A stretch of 64,000 bases of DNA from the human T2T-CHM13v2.0 reference genome, Homo sapiens. The translations under genes were made by a program, and so were the position numbers. Positions within the stretch are counted from its first letter, which is position 1. Each line of letters starts with the position of its first letter. Below are positions 1-15,822 of the stretch, one piece after another. Where the stretch lies: NCBI RefSeq assembly GCF_009914755.1, contig NC_060939.1; one strand, written 5' to 3'. Under the pieces are notes generated by a model that was not told the DNA's origin, ran no database searches, and saw only the letters and a program-made list of their open reading frames with translations.

Positions 1-913
1 ACTTGGCGGATTTATAATGTATGTGAGAGGCAAGATGAAGATCAATAGGAGAAGGAAGTGGGTCAGAGAATCCATATACAGGTCCTGGATCAGGATGATA
101 AAACCACTGCAAATTATTACTACATTATTTTTGAATGGTGTTATTGCCTGAGACTCTATTACATAGACATGTCAAGTGAAGGGACTGAAGACAGGGAAGT
201 CTGCCATAGTTTCCAGCAGGTTCGGCATGAGAAATGTCCACCTCTGTTAGCTGGAGCTGGCTTTCTTTAATGCTGACAATCATTATGTTAATGATGAATC
301 ATGTTCAGAGACAGGAATATATAATATTTAGTTATGTTTTGGGGGAAACGTGCATACCTCAATAATTCTAGAGACAATTATATCTCAATAATTCTAATTC
401 ATGACAGTCATGACATAAAAATTTGAAATGGCCATCAAGCAAACATTCCAAATGCCATATTTGTAAGTAAATTATTCTGGGGGCTCTGCCTTTCAACTAA
501 AAGAAGCAAATACATATATATTTTTCTCTGTCAGTTTCAATAAAAGCCCACTTATAAGATTTTCTGAGTTATTTGTAGGGACTTCTTTTTTTGGTAGGTG
601 TTTTGATTTTCTGGTTTACACGGCCAAATGAATAATTTTGGCAAGAAAAGAAGGTGGTTTTTATAAATCTGGAAAATAAAAATACTTTCAGAAACAGAAG
701 AAAGCAGTTATCATCCATGATCATGGTAGAAAATTTTACTTCAATTGGGTCTCAATCTATTTTAACCAATGCCCTTTTCTGTTTTCCCTAAGTTTTTAAA
801 ATTGAAAGTCTTTTGAGAAAAATTTTAGTTCAAACTTTCTAAGACCCAGACAATAAGAACACAATGCTTGCAAAATTTTAAAAACCATCAATTTGCTCTT
901 TGTTTTTTCCAAG

Positions 914-940
914 GAGGAAACAAAACTAGCAGTAGGTTCG
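914..940 (+). other. Candidate 27-nt micro-exon (host gene unknown)
   Basis: Pyrimidine tract ttgctctttgttttttcc-AAG ends at 913; donor TCG|GTGAGT at 941; phase-0 frame reads EETKLAVGS. Splice signals only. Confidence 0.35.
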
Positions 941-949
941 GTGAGTGTG

Positions 950-1040
950 TCCTCTCTTCCTCTCTTATTTCCCTTTCCTTCCTTCCTTTCTTTCTTCCTT
1001 CCTTCTTTCTGTTTCTTTCGCTCTCTCTCTCTTTACTTTC
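950..1040. repeat. CT-rich low-complexity tract ((CTTC)n/(CT)n)
   Basis: Directly visible polypyrimidine repeats. Confidence 0.85.
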
Positions 1041-1271
1041 TGAAACCAAACATCTCCAGAGCCTACTGGAGATGATCACTATTCTTTTTTTTTTTTTTTC
1101 TTTCAGAGAAGCGCCAAGGACATTAATATGTCCCAACTCTTTTCTCTCTTCTGACCAACTGCTATTAATATTTCACATTCTACAATCTGAACTCTGTCCC
1201 TTTAGCCTAAAGTTAGTATCTCTGTAAAATATCTATTTCCTTGAAAAGATCGTCACTCAAAGTTCTGATCA

Positions 1272-1583
1272 GGCTGGGTGTGGTGGCTTATGCCTGTAAT
1301 CCCAGCACTCCGTGAGGCTGATGCAAGAGAATTGCATGAGCCCAGGAATTAGAGACCAGTCTGGGTAACATAGGGAGACCACATCTCTATCAAAATATTT
1401 AAAAATTAGCCAGATGTGGTAGTATGTGCCTGTAGTCCCAGTTACTTGGGTGGCTGAAGTGGGAGGATTGCTTGAACCTAGCAGGTCGAGGCTGCAGTGA
1501 GCCATGACTATATCACTGCACTTGAGGCTGGATGACAGAGTGAAACTTTATTTCAAAAAAAATTTTTTTAATTAAAAAATAAT
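1272..1583 (+). mobile_element. AluJ SINE
   Basis: Diverged dimeric Alu with J-type features (gagcccagg, ggaggattgcttga, gaggctgcagtgagccatga); aagttct on both flanks. Confidence 0.92.
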
Positions 1584-1854
1584 AGAAGTTCTCTTCAATA
1601 TTTCATTTCTTAGGTTGAGGTGGGGCTATGAAAGAAGTGTAACAGGACTGGAGGGCCAGTGCGGCCACAGCAAACATATGAGAGAGAGAAAGTCAATGAG
1701 AATCCATAGAGCAAGAAGAGAAAAGTATTGCAAAGATTGAACACCTTGATTGCTTCCCCATTTATGCCTAGTGTTCCAATATGCCTATCCTTACTTATCT
1801 TCTTCTTCAAGAAGAAATAGTAGCAGTACTGCTAATATTCATGATATTGACCAC

Positions 1855-1995
1855 AGCTAGCATTTAATAAGAGACAGCTATAGGCCAAGCACTTTGCTGT
1901 GGGCTATCCCCGTGTTATATGACTTAGTCATCACCACAATTCATTATTCCCAATTTATTGATGACAAAATAACCACAAAGTTTAAGAACTATTCC
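1855..1995 (-). mobile_element. MIR fragment
   Basis: Degenerate reverse-complement MIR tail and core (ccaagcactttgct...tattcccaatttattgatgacaaaat). Confidence 0.5.
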
Positions 1996-1996
1996 T

Positions 1997-2307
<311 letters not shown>

Positions 2308-4201
2308 CTAAGACCTTATGTTTTTTCCTCCTTTCCACTTACTTCTAATCATGGATAAGGCAGTCCAAATCACAATCCTAGACCACATTTAAGTCTTCAC
2401 TTCTCTGGCTGCAAGCAGAGAAGGATAACAGAGCAAGAAGAAAGGTAAGATGTCCATGAAAATAGGCTTCCAATGTAAAAGGGAAGCTGTGCAGAGAGAA
2501 GATGGGGTTGGCTTCTAGGTGAAGGGTAAAGTTCATCCATTTGGGGAGAGTTTTTAAGAAGTTTAAACGTTTAACATGAGTTTTTCATTGAGTTTTGGCA
2601 AAAGGAATTATAAAAGCAGCTGTCTTAGCCAAAAGACCTAGAGGGTAAAAACTTTAAGTCACTCTCTGATTTCAACCTAAATGGAAAATAAGCAATAGAG
2701 ATTTAAACTATGCATAATATGGTTTTTCAACTGGAATGTGTGTTGGGAGGGGAGTTGGATGTCAGGAAGTTAGCTAATGGCAAAATGATAAGCTAGAACA
2801 AATTTAGTATGAATGCTTATGCCTATCCTTACTAAAATTTCAAATGGAACCAAAGTAGTGTCAAGATTTTTCCATAATCCTGGATATTTCTGCAGTAGGT
2901 TTCACAATTCTGAGAAGGTAGACAGAATTAGAGGAGAAAATGGCTATTTCTTCAATTTTTAAGTTTCTATAAGAAATTAAAATTGCTTCAGATTTGGACT
3001 ACTGTGCTCCATGGCTCCCTCTCTTCATCACATATTTTTAATGTAAAGCTTTCAAATGGGTCTTTTTCTAACTCATGATAGGCAGGGCTGTAAACTGCCT
3101 GGCTGAAAGCCATTGGCTTCATGGAGCTGCACCCAGTTCAAGGGTAGGTAGTAAGTAAGGAAAAGTGTTAATTGAAAGTAGGTTTTTCAGTGTTTTGCTG
3201 CTGGGCAATGAGTGAGAAACTCACTTTGGGTGCCTCCTTCACAGTTATTGTTGAAATTCACCCTTTCACTTTCCTAGCATTCTGTTGGGCATCCTGGATT
3301 TCTTAAAGCTTTTTCCTGCTTTCTAATGGTTTTTCTTTTCTAAATAGTACTCATACTACACACCTCTGGCAAACTACATGCAACAAGACTAGGAGAGGCA
3401 ATGAACATTGCTTTTAGCTGGTGAAAGGAATGCATCTCTCATCTTAAATGTGACCTCCTTTGAGGCAAATAAAAAAATGCTATGTAAATCTTGGGCATCA
3501 CTGAGAACTCCACAGCTGTTCAGCTAACTCTGATAGTGAAAGATATTGGTGAGAGCCATCGGGCTGCACTGTAGCATGTGAGAGGCCAGTGGCAATCCCT
3601 AAGGGGCGCACAAGAACACTGTGACCTCAACTTTTGACATCCTCGTGACAGGCTGTTTGCCATAGCACTTACTGTAAGGGTTTTATGGGGAATATTAGAA
3701 CATGATTTGAAGTCTAGAAGAGACTTGGTCCAAACAGGATCACTTCACAAGTGTCCCTCACACCCCTGGCCCCTTTTAATTCTCTCTTGAAAGGGAAATT
3801 CCTCAAGTCCCTTAAGAGGGGAAGCCAGGGAGTAGATCATCCATTCCCTGGTAAGATCACAGTAAAGAATACTGTCTGAAATCCTGAGGAAGAGCTGAAG
3901 CATCTGCATTAACCTATAGGCCTAACTAGAGAAAGCAGCAGCAAGTTTTTCTGAAGTTCAGAGCATAATAGTGCTGTAACCAAATATTGCATTTGCCTAC
4001 TTCATTATATAAATTGCTCAATTAAAGTAGAGGAAACAAGAGAAATTGGGGGAGGAAGAGGAGAAGGGGAGATGGAAAGAGAGGGAGAGATTCTTTCTTA
4101 TAGCAAAAATAGTCTTCATCTGTGGACAAAATTGGGTTTTTGAAGCTTTTTCTGTGATGTCAAACAGCAACATGTGTGACTTACATTGCTTTTGCATACA
4201 G

Positions 4202-4246
4202 GATCAACGTCCAAGAGGCTTTGGGGCCAGCCCCATGATGCCAAAG
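4202..4246 (+). other. Candidate 45-nt exon (host gene unknown)
   Basis: Branch-like tgtgac near 4175, acceptor ttgcttttgcataCAG (4201), donor AAG|GTAATG (4247); open in two frames (DQRPRGFGASPMMPK or STSKRLWGQPHDAK). Confidence 0.4.
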
Positions 4247-4639
4247 GTAATGTAATATGCTGTAGGCAGTCAGATCTCAACCTGGGGATGCTTCTTTGCA
4301 AAGAATAAGGTGAAATTTCTTGAGGGAGTCAGGAGAATATGAGAAGGTTAAGGTGTTGCTCAAATAAAAATGATGCTTTCAGTGACTATCCAATTACAGT
4401 CTACGGCAGCTCTTAACCATAACTATAGCCATAGTTGGATGAAAACAAAACAGGTAGATTCATAGGATAAACAGACATATAGAAATGTCCTAATAATACA
4501 GACCCTAATCTACAGCTGTCTTATTGCCATGATGTTCCCATTATTTTTTAGAGAAATTGCAAATATTTTTTAAAGGACCAAGAAAAAAAAAAGAGTTTGC
4601 TTTGGTGCTGTTTTGAAATTATTTGCCTGTTACAATTTA

Positions 4640-5090
4640 ATCAAGTTCTGCTCTGGTCCTTTGTGGCCAGGCAATCAATGGGTTAAGTTAGATCACTAAC
4701 GTGTGTTCCCTGACCCTGGAATGCTTCATCAAATGTACTCATTACTGATTGAGCAAGAGAATGAATAGTTGTGAGTCCCAGCTTAAGCACTGATGGGATT
4801 GTGTGTAAGCCCGAATGTGGTTGAGGTATTTAAATTTTGATTTTTGTAATGGGCTCTGACATGTTTCATTTCCTCCGAGGGAACACTCGAGACCTCTGAA
4901 AGTAAATGTTGCTAAAAAGTCATCAAGGCAGAATATTAAAATGCCATCAAAGGAAAATTTCACTAATGCAATCCGGCTAGAGCTCCAGGTACTGGAGCGA
5001 AAAGGGGGAGTGTCAAAGGTCCCGGTTCTTTTAGCTAAACATGATTTGTTCCTCTTCACTGACTGTTTCTCCAAATAAATTATTTAAAGT
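4640..5090. promoter_or_regulatory. Putative enhancer-like unique element
   Basis: Repeat-free, retains several CpGs; TCF/LEF-type CATCAAAGG (4945-4953); DR1/HNF4-like GTGTCAAAGGTCC (5010-5022). Motif evidence only. Confidence 0.3.
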
Positions 5091-6149
5091 CTTATTTCTT
5101 CTTTCTCCTGGGCCTCTTAAAGTTTAACTATACTGAGAGGTGGTAGGAAGCAGTAAAGAGAGAAGGAGGTGGCACAGCTAGAAATTCAGGAAATGGTGTA
5201 TGGTGAGGAGCTTCCCGTTGGCATCCTGTTTCCTTCATTCTGCAAGAGCTGTCCAGGCGCGTTGTCAGAAGAAAGGGTAAGAATACTCACTTACCACCTT
5301 AGGGCTGAAACTGCCCTAAGAAGACATCGTCAAAATTCTAATAACATAGCAGAGTGTTAGGAATGCAAGAGATCATCAAAGAATGTTCATTCAGCCATGT
5401 GTGGAGAATAGTAGGGTTTGGGAGATGGCACCACTATTTTTATGAATGATTCTATCCAAACACCTTTGACATTTCCAAAATAATTTAAGTTTTAAGTAAC
5501 TTTTATATTTATGGATTCGTGGGAGAGGAAAATAAAAATTAAACTCTCTGAATCTCTTTGTACAAAGGGTATTTAGTAAGAGATGATTGGCCTTATGAAA
5601 TTGGTAATTCTCCATTGGACTTAATTAACAATGTTTTCTTGATCAGCATTGTGTTAAACAGTATATATTTTTCGTAATTTATTTTCTGATATATATTTGT
5701 ATTCTGAGGAAACTATTTATGTTGGATATTTCCTGAAATGGAGAAATGTGGATCTCCCTAAACTTTGTTGATGACAGAACTTTCCCCAGGTGTAAGGGAC
5801 TCTCGTCATTTATCTTTGGGCTAGTATCCCTATTGAACTCATAATTTCCTCATTTCTCCTGCTGGCTGGCAGAGTTTGTGCCAACCAACATCTGGTCTTC
5901 TATTAACTCAGTTTGACACCTACAGTTGTGTCTGTCTAACCCATAAGGACAAGTAAATTACTTTAGTGAACCTGTTTGTTAAATAGCAGGTCTACCTTTG
6001 GGAATCAAATTTCTACTCTACTGATGAAACAGCATAATCTTTCAGTGTGTAGAATCAGAACTGTTGGCATTCCCCAGGGAGAGAATCTTGAGTTGCTTTT
6101 CCAGTCCTCTTGGAAAATGGGACATAAATAATCCATGTTTTGCATCAAA

Positions 6150-6386
6150 AGATGGCGTATTCTTATGGTTAAGAGTGTAATTTTTTGGCCCCACTTTGTC
6201 TTGGTTAAATTCCCATCTCTTCGATTTTTAGCTGTGGGACCCTGAGCTAGCTGGTGAACCTTGCGTCCTGTAAAATGGAAAGTAATATCATTGATTCCAT
6301 TGGTTTGCTCTGAGAATGAGAATTGTATGCAATGCTTAGCCTAGTTGCAGATATGTAGTGAACCACTTAATAAATGTCAGCTGTTA
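6150..6386 (+). mobile_element. MIR SINE
   Basis: tggttaagag...gctgtgggaccctgagc...ctgtaaaatgg...aatgcttagc...cttaataaatgtcagctgtta follows the MIR layout. Confidence 0.75.
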
Positions 6387-7552
6387 ACAGAGTTCCTTTC
6401 ATAGTGTCTGAAGAAAAATGGCACAGGTAAAGCTTCACATCTTTAGGAAGTTCTATTTAACATTCTGGGTAAAGACCAAAACTAAATTTTTACAATCCCT
6501 TTGCAGTGGGTTTTACAGAGAAGGAAGTGATTTCTGGGAGAGTACCAGATGTAAGTCTATTCATTATGAAGTCAGATGCAGTATGCAAAAAGAGCAAGAA
6601 TTAAGAAGGCATTGGTGGCCAGTATTATTGAGATGGCACATTGCCAAGCTTGATGTTTCGTACCTAAGACAGAGATAATAGATGTCCTTATATGTGCTTC
6701 TTATTTGTCTCCAGATAAGAGGACTTTATCTTTGAGATAATTGTTCAGGCAACTAGGGCATAAAAATTATCAATCTTACAATAGCCAGGCAGCAGCATCT
6801 TTTCAACTAAATTTTGAGAAAATTTTCTCAAAACTTCAGTTTGAAAGTAAGTTACCAAATCTCATATCATTTTCAGATGCTTTGAGAAATTCTAAGAATA
6901 TTATCATAGTACTGAATCTACACATATACTACTATAAAAATGGAAGCTCAAATAAAGCTATGTACACATTTATTTTCAAAAAAATTGTTTAATTTTATAT
7001 GGCTAAAAAATCATGTTAATTAGAAATCATTTCAGTGGATGCTTATTGAACACCTACCACATTCAAGGAATTCTGCATTGTCAAGGCTCAGTAGGATTTC
7101 TACTTCGTGTTCATTATATGTGCTTCAGAGTAATCGCTGCACCTCATGTCTACTCCTCAGTAACTCTGACTGGCCATTGCCTGCTAATAAGGATTCATTA
7201 TATGTATAGATCAGTTTAGCACACATTAGGAAAATATATCACTAACTTAACATCTTCATTATCAGAGAGAATGAAGGTTTAAAAATATTTATTTGAATTT
7301 CATGGCAATCTATCTAGCTGTGCCTTCTCATAAGATTTCAAGATAGCATTTCTATTTCTCTAGTTACATTCAAAATGGAAGAGAAACAAGAGAGAACTGA
7401 AGCAGTGGCTGTAGCTTTTCTAGAGCCTTCTGGCCCCCACTCAGATAATATAAAAAATATTAAGTGCCATCTCATCAGTCAGTTAATGGAAGTTCTTGAG
7501 GGCTAAATGAGATGTCTTGTAAGAATAGGTAATGAGCAGTAGTAAGTTCTAA

Positions 7553-10081
<2,529 letters not shown>

Positions 10082-10879
10082 TTAGTTACTTTTAAAGAGT
10101 CAGAATGTTGCCCAGGTTAAGATGTCATGGAAACTTGATTCTTAGTATTGACCTATCTGAAGAAAATCTGTCATTGAGGGTGTTGGTAGCCCTAAAAGCC
10201 AAGGGAAGAAGCAAGTTAGGGAAGCAATTGTTGGCTGTTTCTCTAGGCAATACTGAAGGAAGGGTACCTGGCTCTTGAAAACGTGTCAATACAGAGATAC
10301 CAGCATATAAAATCACATGACACTAGCCATTTTGCTCAAACAGCTATCTCCTCTTATTCTAATCACATGATCTCTAAGCAGTAATTCTCTGATTAAAAGC
10401 TTATCATGTAAATCTCTCCACTGAGAGAGTATTCTCATTGTATTTTAGTTATGTCTTCCTAGAAATTAAAAAATTGACATTACGGCTTATCTATCAATCT
10501 TTTATGTATTTCTTTGCCATAGCTTAGTATCCTGAAGCTTAGATAAGGCTGATTGTAGTAAGAAAATTGAATTGTCGTAACTACAAAACTGGCAACTAGA
10601 CTTTGAATTAGGTAGCCATATTGAAACACTGTAACTGATTGCAACCCAATCACTGTCTCTCTGAAGGAAGACATGAAGTGAATTATCTAGTGAACTTCAT
10701 TTGTAGCACATGGTATCAATATCAGCATTGGCATGTAGACAGCATCTAACAACCATGTGCACTTAAATTAGTATATATAGGGTAACATTTGGCCTTAATA
10801 ATTATATAATTATTACTACTTTTATTGGGCATGGGGGTTAGGGAGAGTTAAATTTTCTGTCTATATCTATACTCGTGTG

Positions 10880-11192
10880 TAGTCATGGGCCATAAAACCG
10901 TTTCAGTCAATGACAGATCACATATGTGACAGTGGTCCTGTAAGATTTTAATACTGTATTTTCACTGTACCTTTTTGATATTTAGATATGTAAATCCATA
11001 CCATTGTGCCACAATTTCCTACAGTTTTCAGTACAATAACATGCTGAAAGGTTTGTAGCCTAGGAGCAACAGGCTATATCATAAAGCCTAGGTGTATATA
11101 GTAGGCTATACCACTAGGTTTGTGTAAGTACACTCTGTGATGTTTGCACAGTGATGAAATTGCCTAACAACACATTTCTCAGAACATATCCT
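10880..11192 (+). mobile_element. Tigger3a/MER7-type DNA transposon, one end truncated
   Basis: gtttcagtcaatgacagatcacatatgtgacagtggtcc...gtttgtagcctaggagcaacaggctat; homologous to 56051-56377. Confidence 0.85.
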
Positions 11193-12473
11193 GCAAAGGA
11201 GTAGCTCAGATGGATATAGGACAAGTTAAATTTCTTAATGAGGGTAGTTTTTGTTGTTGGGTTTAACAGATTATTTTTCTTCCAATTTTATGATAACTGA
11301 CTCCTCACTTCCAATATTAAACTTACAGAAAAAGCAGAAATAAATGCAACAAAAGCTTTAGCTTGTGAGAAATCATGTATTCTCTGACTTGGAAATTTTG
11401 CTATGCTGATTGTTCATAGCTATTGCGGATCTCATGAAATTTCTTGGGGGCAAAAGAAAGTAAACTGAGATAAGATTCATTTGTCTGATTAAATATCAAA
11501 ATGTATAGACATCTAATATACTTTACTTGGCAGAAAGAAGTATAGTCCTGAGTCAGCAATAGTTGAGTAAGTGGAATTGCTGAAGAGAAAAATGTTTCTG
11601 AGTAGCAGGAAATAGAAACAGTATAGTAGGAGGTGTACTTCAGTAGTTCACAGGTTTCGTTTAGATAATCCCTCCAAAGTTCTCATTTGTATCTGAATTG
11701 TTTCAATTAGGAGTCTGGTGAGAGAGATTTTGTAAGACTTTCTGTATTTCCTTATTCTAAGAAAAAATATTAAAGCCCTATTTTCTGTTATATTCTAATA
11801 TTTCCAATCTGTGTGAATCCAGGCAAATGTAATTCAGTATATCAACTATTAATACGTTTTGGAAAACATCTCTTTAAGATTCCTGTTCTTATTAAACTTA
11901 AATTGAGTGCTTACATTATGTCAGATTAAATCTGTTTTCTAAACAAACCAATTTTCTCGTAAATGCACATTTTAATTTTTTCCTAATAGGTAACCAATTT
12001 TTTGTCAGATATTTAAAATTTCTTAATTGTATCAAATATTTTAATAGACTTGATTAAATTTTATAGCATACATATTTATTCTTTAAAAATATGTTACTGA
12101 TATTTTTATACCTATTTACTTATTTCAATATACTTTTGCTTAATGTATATGTCAAAATTCAGAGAAGTCATTTATCAATTTCATGAGTGTCACATTTACT
12201 TTAATTATGTACAGTACAGAAACATTAATGCTTAGGAACATTAACATTTTTCTGTAACACATGAGTTTATTAATCTACTGCTTTTTTTTCTGTCTTATTA
12301 GAGGAAATCTGTGACTAGGTGAATCCTCAAAATGCCAATAATGCCAGAGATGACATTCTTTAGGTAATTTAATCCACTGCTGCTTCTTTCCACCTTATTC
12401 ATCCCTCTTGTCATTTGTGTCCTCTCCCAAACATGCATATATGGTCCAAAAGTACAATTTACTTCTGAGGCCC

Positions 12474-13082
12474 TGGATTAGTCAGAGGTCTCCAGAGAGG
12501 GACAGGACTAATACGATATATATATGTAAACTCCCTTTCATATATATGAAATATATATTATTATATATTATATCCATATATATATATATATATATGAAAG
12601 GGAGTTTATGAAGAAGTATTGACTCACACAATCACAAGGTGAAGTCCCACAGTAGGCCATCTGCAAGCTGAGGAGCTAGGAAACCAGAGTCCAAAAACCT
12701 CAAAAGTAGCCTACAGTGCAGCTTTCAGTTTGTGGCCAAAGGCCTGAGAGCCCCTGGAGAACCACTGGTGTAAGTCCAAGGGTCCAAAAGCTGATGAACT
12801 TGGAGTTCAATGTTCGAGGACAGGAAGCATCCAGCACAGGAGAAAGATGGAGACCAAAGACTTAGCCAGTCTAGCCCTTCCACCTTCCTCTGCCTGCTTT
12901 TATCCTAGCCTCACTGGCAGCTGATTAGATGGTGTCCACCCAGATTGAGAAGTTGGTCTGCATCTCCCGGTTCACTGACTCAAATGTTCATTTCCTTTAT
13001 CGACATCCTCGCAGACACACCCAGGAACAATACTTTGCATCTTTCAATCCAGCCAAGTTGACACTCAATATTAACCATCACA
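12474..13082 (-). mobile_element. MLT2A-type (ERVL) solo LTR with internal (TA)n expansion
   Basis: Ends aagttgacactcaatattaaccatcaca; MLT2A-like body; TA tract about 12525-12597. Confidence 0.88.
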
Positions 13083-13519
13083 CACTCTCAATTTGTCTTC
13101 TCATATAATCTAATACTCTTTTGTTAAGTGTGTAAAAATTTATAAATGCAATGCCTTTTTTATGAGTTGACCACTTCATCATTTTGTAAAGTCTCTATCT
13201 TTCTTTATATTCCTTCTTCCACAGTCCACATCACCTGGTTGGTATTAATATTACTACTTCAACTTGTTTCTGATAAGTGTTTGCATGGTATATCTTTTTT
13301 CACCATGTTCCTCTTACCCTATCTGTGTTTTTGTAATTAAATGGGTACTTACAGACTATACATATTTTGATCTTGTATTTGTACGTAATAGAAAATCTTT
13401 CTGTTTTTTTAATTTAGGTGTTTAGACCACTCATATTTAATAAAATTATTCATATGGTTGATTTTAAATTTACCATTTGTTAGCTGTATTGTAGTTGTCT
13501 CATGTGTTCTTTGTTTCTT

Positions 13520-13686
13520 CTTTGTTCTTTTTTTTTTATTTTTTATTTTTTTTTTTTTGAGATAGAGTCTTGCCCTGTCGGCCAGGCTGGAGGGCAGTGG
13601 CATGATCTCTGCTCACTGCAGCGTCTGTCTCCCAGGCTCAAGCAATTCTCCTGCCTCGGGCTGCTGAGTAGCTGGGATTATAGGCT
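13520..13686 (-). mobile_element. 5'-truncated Alu (right arm)
   Basis: Poly-T then gagtcttgccctgtcggccaggctggag...gggattataggc. Confidence 0.85.
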
Positions 13687-13964
13687 TTGTTTTTTTTTCT
13701 TTTTTCTTTTTTTTTTTTTTTTAGCTTGCATTGATTTTTTTTATTCCATTTTGTTTTTATATTGTCCTATTTGTTATACTTGTTTAATGATTATTTTAGT
13801 GGTTGCCCTGTTATATTCGATACACCAAACAATGTATTTTTACTATTTTTGCATTAAAGAGTGAATTGTCTTTTACGGTGATTTAGCATAAGAAAAAATA
13901 TATTTTCTTTCTTCGTGTTTGTTTGCAGTGTTTTTATTTTTTGAAGATTATTTTTATTTTACAT

Positions 13965-14236
13965 AAATCAGTAACATAGTCATTTCTTATCATTATCAAG
14001 TATTATGTACTATAAATAATTGTATAAGTTATACTTTTCTACAACTGACAGCACAGTAGGTTTGTTTATACCAGCATCACCGCAAACATATGAGTGATGC
14101 ATTGTGTCAAACATTATGATGGCTACTATGACATCACTATGTGATAGAAATTCATCAGCTCTGTTATAATCTTGTGGAATCATCATCGTATATGCATTCC
14201 AATGTTGAAAGAAACATTTTGAAGCACAGGATTGTA
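13965..14236 (-). mobile_element. Tigger3 (Golem) family terminal fragment
   Basis: cagcacagtaggtttgtttataccagcatcacc...ttataatcttgtggaatcatcatcgtatatgc, ending in a degenerate terminal inverted repeat plus TA. Confidence 0.75.
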
Positions 14237-14544
14237 CATTGTTTTCCACTGTAGTTGAAAATACTTTAATATAATTTTTTTGCCCCTTTATATCTTTATG
14301 TGGGTTCAAACTTTTCCTCTGGCATCTTATTTCTTCTGCCTTAGGAACCTCCTTTAATATTTCTTGTAGCATAATAAATTGGCAACTAATTATCTAAGCT
14401 TTTTTTTAATGAAAACCATCTTCATTTAACCTTAATATTAAAAGACATTATTACTGAGTATAGAACTATGAGTTGACAGAATTATTTATCAGTACTTTAA
14501 AGATTCTATTTCATTGACCTCTAGCTTATGTCTATCAAAATAAC

Positions 14545-15030
14545 TTGCAATTTCAGCTTTAATATGCAAAGAGGTTGTAAGTCATTATTCCTATCCTTAT
14601 GCCAAAAAAAGCTAGGCAAACCAAAAATCAGTAACTTTACTTGGACCCATTGGAGAACTAGGACAAACTGTCATGCTGAAATCTGGAAAGACAGGCACAC
14701 ACAGAAAGACACAAAACCTCCTTACCACCTATAGAAGCCCCTGGAGTCATAAACAGGTAGGGACACTTAAATAGTTATTTTGATAAATTGCTCAATGCTT
14801 ATTGTGAATTAAGAGGGAAAAATTCACTGGGGTGCAGCCTTAGGAGAATGAGAGGGATATAGCATTTTCATGAGCTTTACCTCCAAGAAGATCCAATAAA
14901 GATCTCCTTACAACCCTGGCATTGAAAGAGGAAGAGGCATTATTATGAAATACACTCAGAACCTTCAGGTGAAAATACTTTTCAGGGGCCTTATCCCAGC
15001 TGTGGAAAGGCAATTCCTCCCATGCCAACC
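14545..15030 (+). mobile_element. Probable old L1M 5'UTR fragment
   Basis: Resembles recalled L1MC/L1MD 5' ends; subfamily uncertain. Confidence 0.4.
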
Positions 15031-15288
15031 CTCACCTTATTATTTATATTAAGAAATAGGATCAGATAACTGAACCCAGTTTTGATACTAATAGTGATAA
15101 TTTAAGGAAATATATATAAATAGCTATTATTAGGATTATTATTGTTATTACTATATTTTCAAAAATTATGAAGTTTTGTGGTAGCTAAGATTTGTGTATT
15201 CCTCTGGTTATCAGTAGGTCATCCTGTTGTTCACATGACCACTGAGAATATATAATTTAGTTAATTTGGTGAAGTCTTACATGGAGCG

Positions 15289-15822
15289 TGTATTGGGGTT
15301 CTTCAGAGCAACAGAAGCAATTATAAGATAATAATATATTACATATTATAATGCTATAATATTTATATATTCTAATTCTATATAATGAGGAATTATGAAG
15401 GCTGAAACATCCCAAAGTCTGCAGTCAGCAAGCTGGAGACTTAGAAGAACAGATGATGCAGTTTTAGTTCCAGTCAAAGACATGGGAACCAGGAGAGGTG
15501 ATGGTGTACGTTTCAGTTCAACAGTCAAAAGACTTGAGATCCAGAACAGCCACTTCTTCAAGGCAGGGAAAGACCAATGCCTCCGCTCAAGTAGTCAAGC
15601 AGGAGAAGTTCCTTCTTACTCAGCCTTTTATTCTAATTGGCCTTTAATTGATAGGATGAGTTCCATCTACATTAGTCAGGGCTATCTTCATTACTCAGTC
15701 TACTGATTCAAATATTAATCTTATCCAGCAACACCCTCAAAGACCCACCCAAAATAATGCTTGATCAAATGTCTGGGCACCTTATGGTCCAATCAAGCTG
15801 ACACATAAAATTAACCATCACA
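15289..15822 (-). mobile_element. MLT2B-type (ERVL) solo LTR
   Basis: tgtatt...aagctgacacataaaattaaccatcaca; 5-bp TSD gagcg/gagag. Confidence 0.85.

Larger units (their letters stand above)
13095..14540 (-). mobile_element. Old L1M fragments (ORF2 start / ORF1 end), interrupted
   Basis: T-rich antisense L1 motifs (gtttgcatggtatatcttttt, tttagaccactcatatttaa, gagtatagaactatgagttgacag). Confidence 0.65.
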
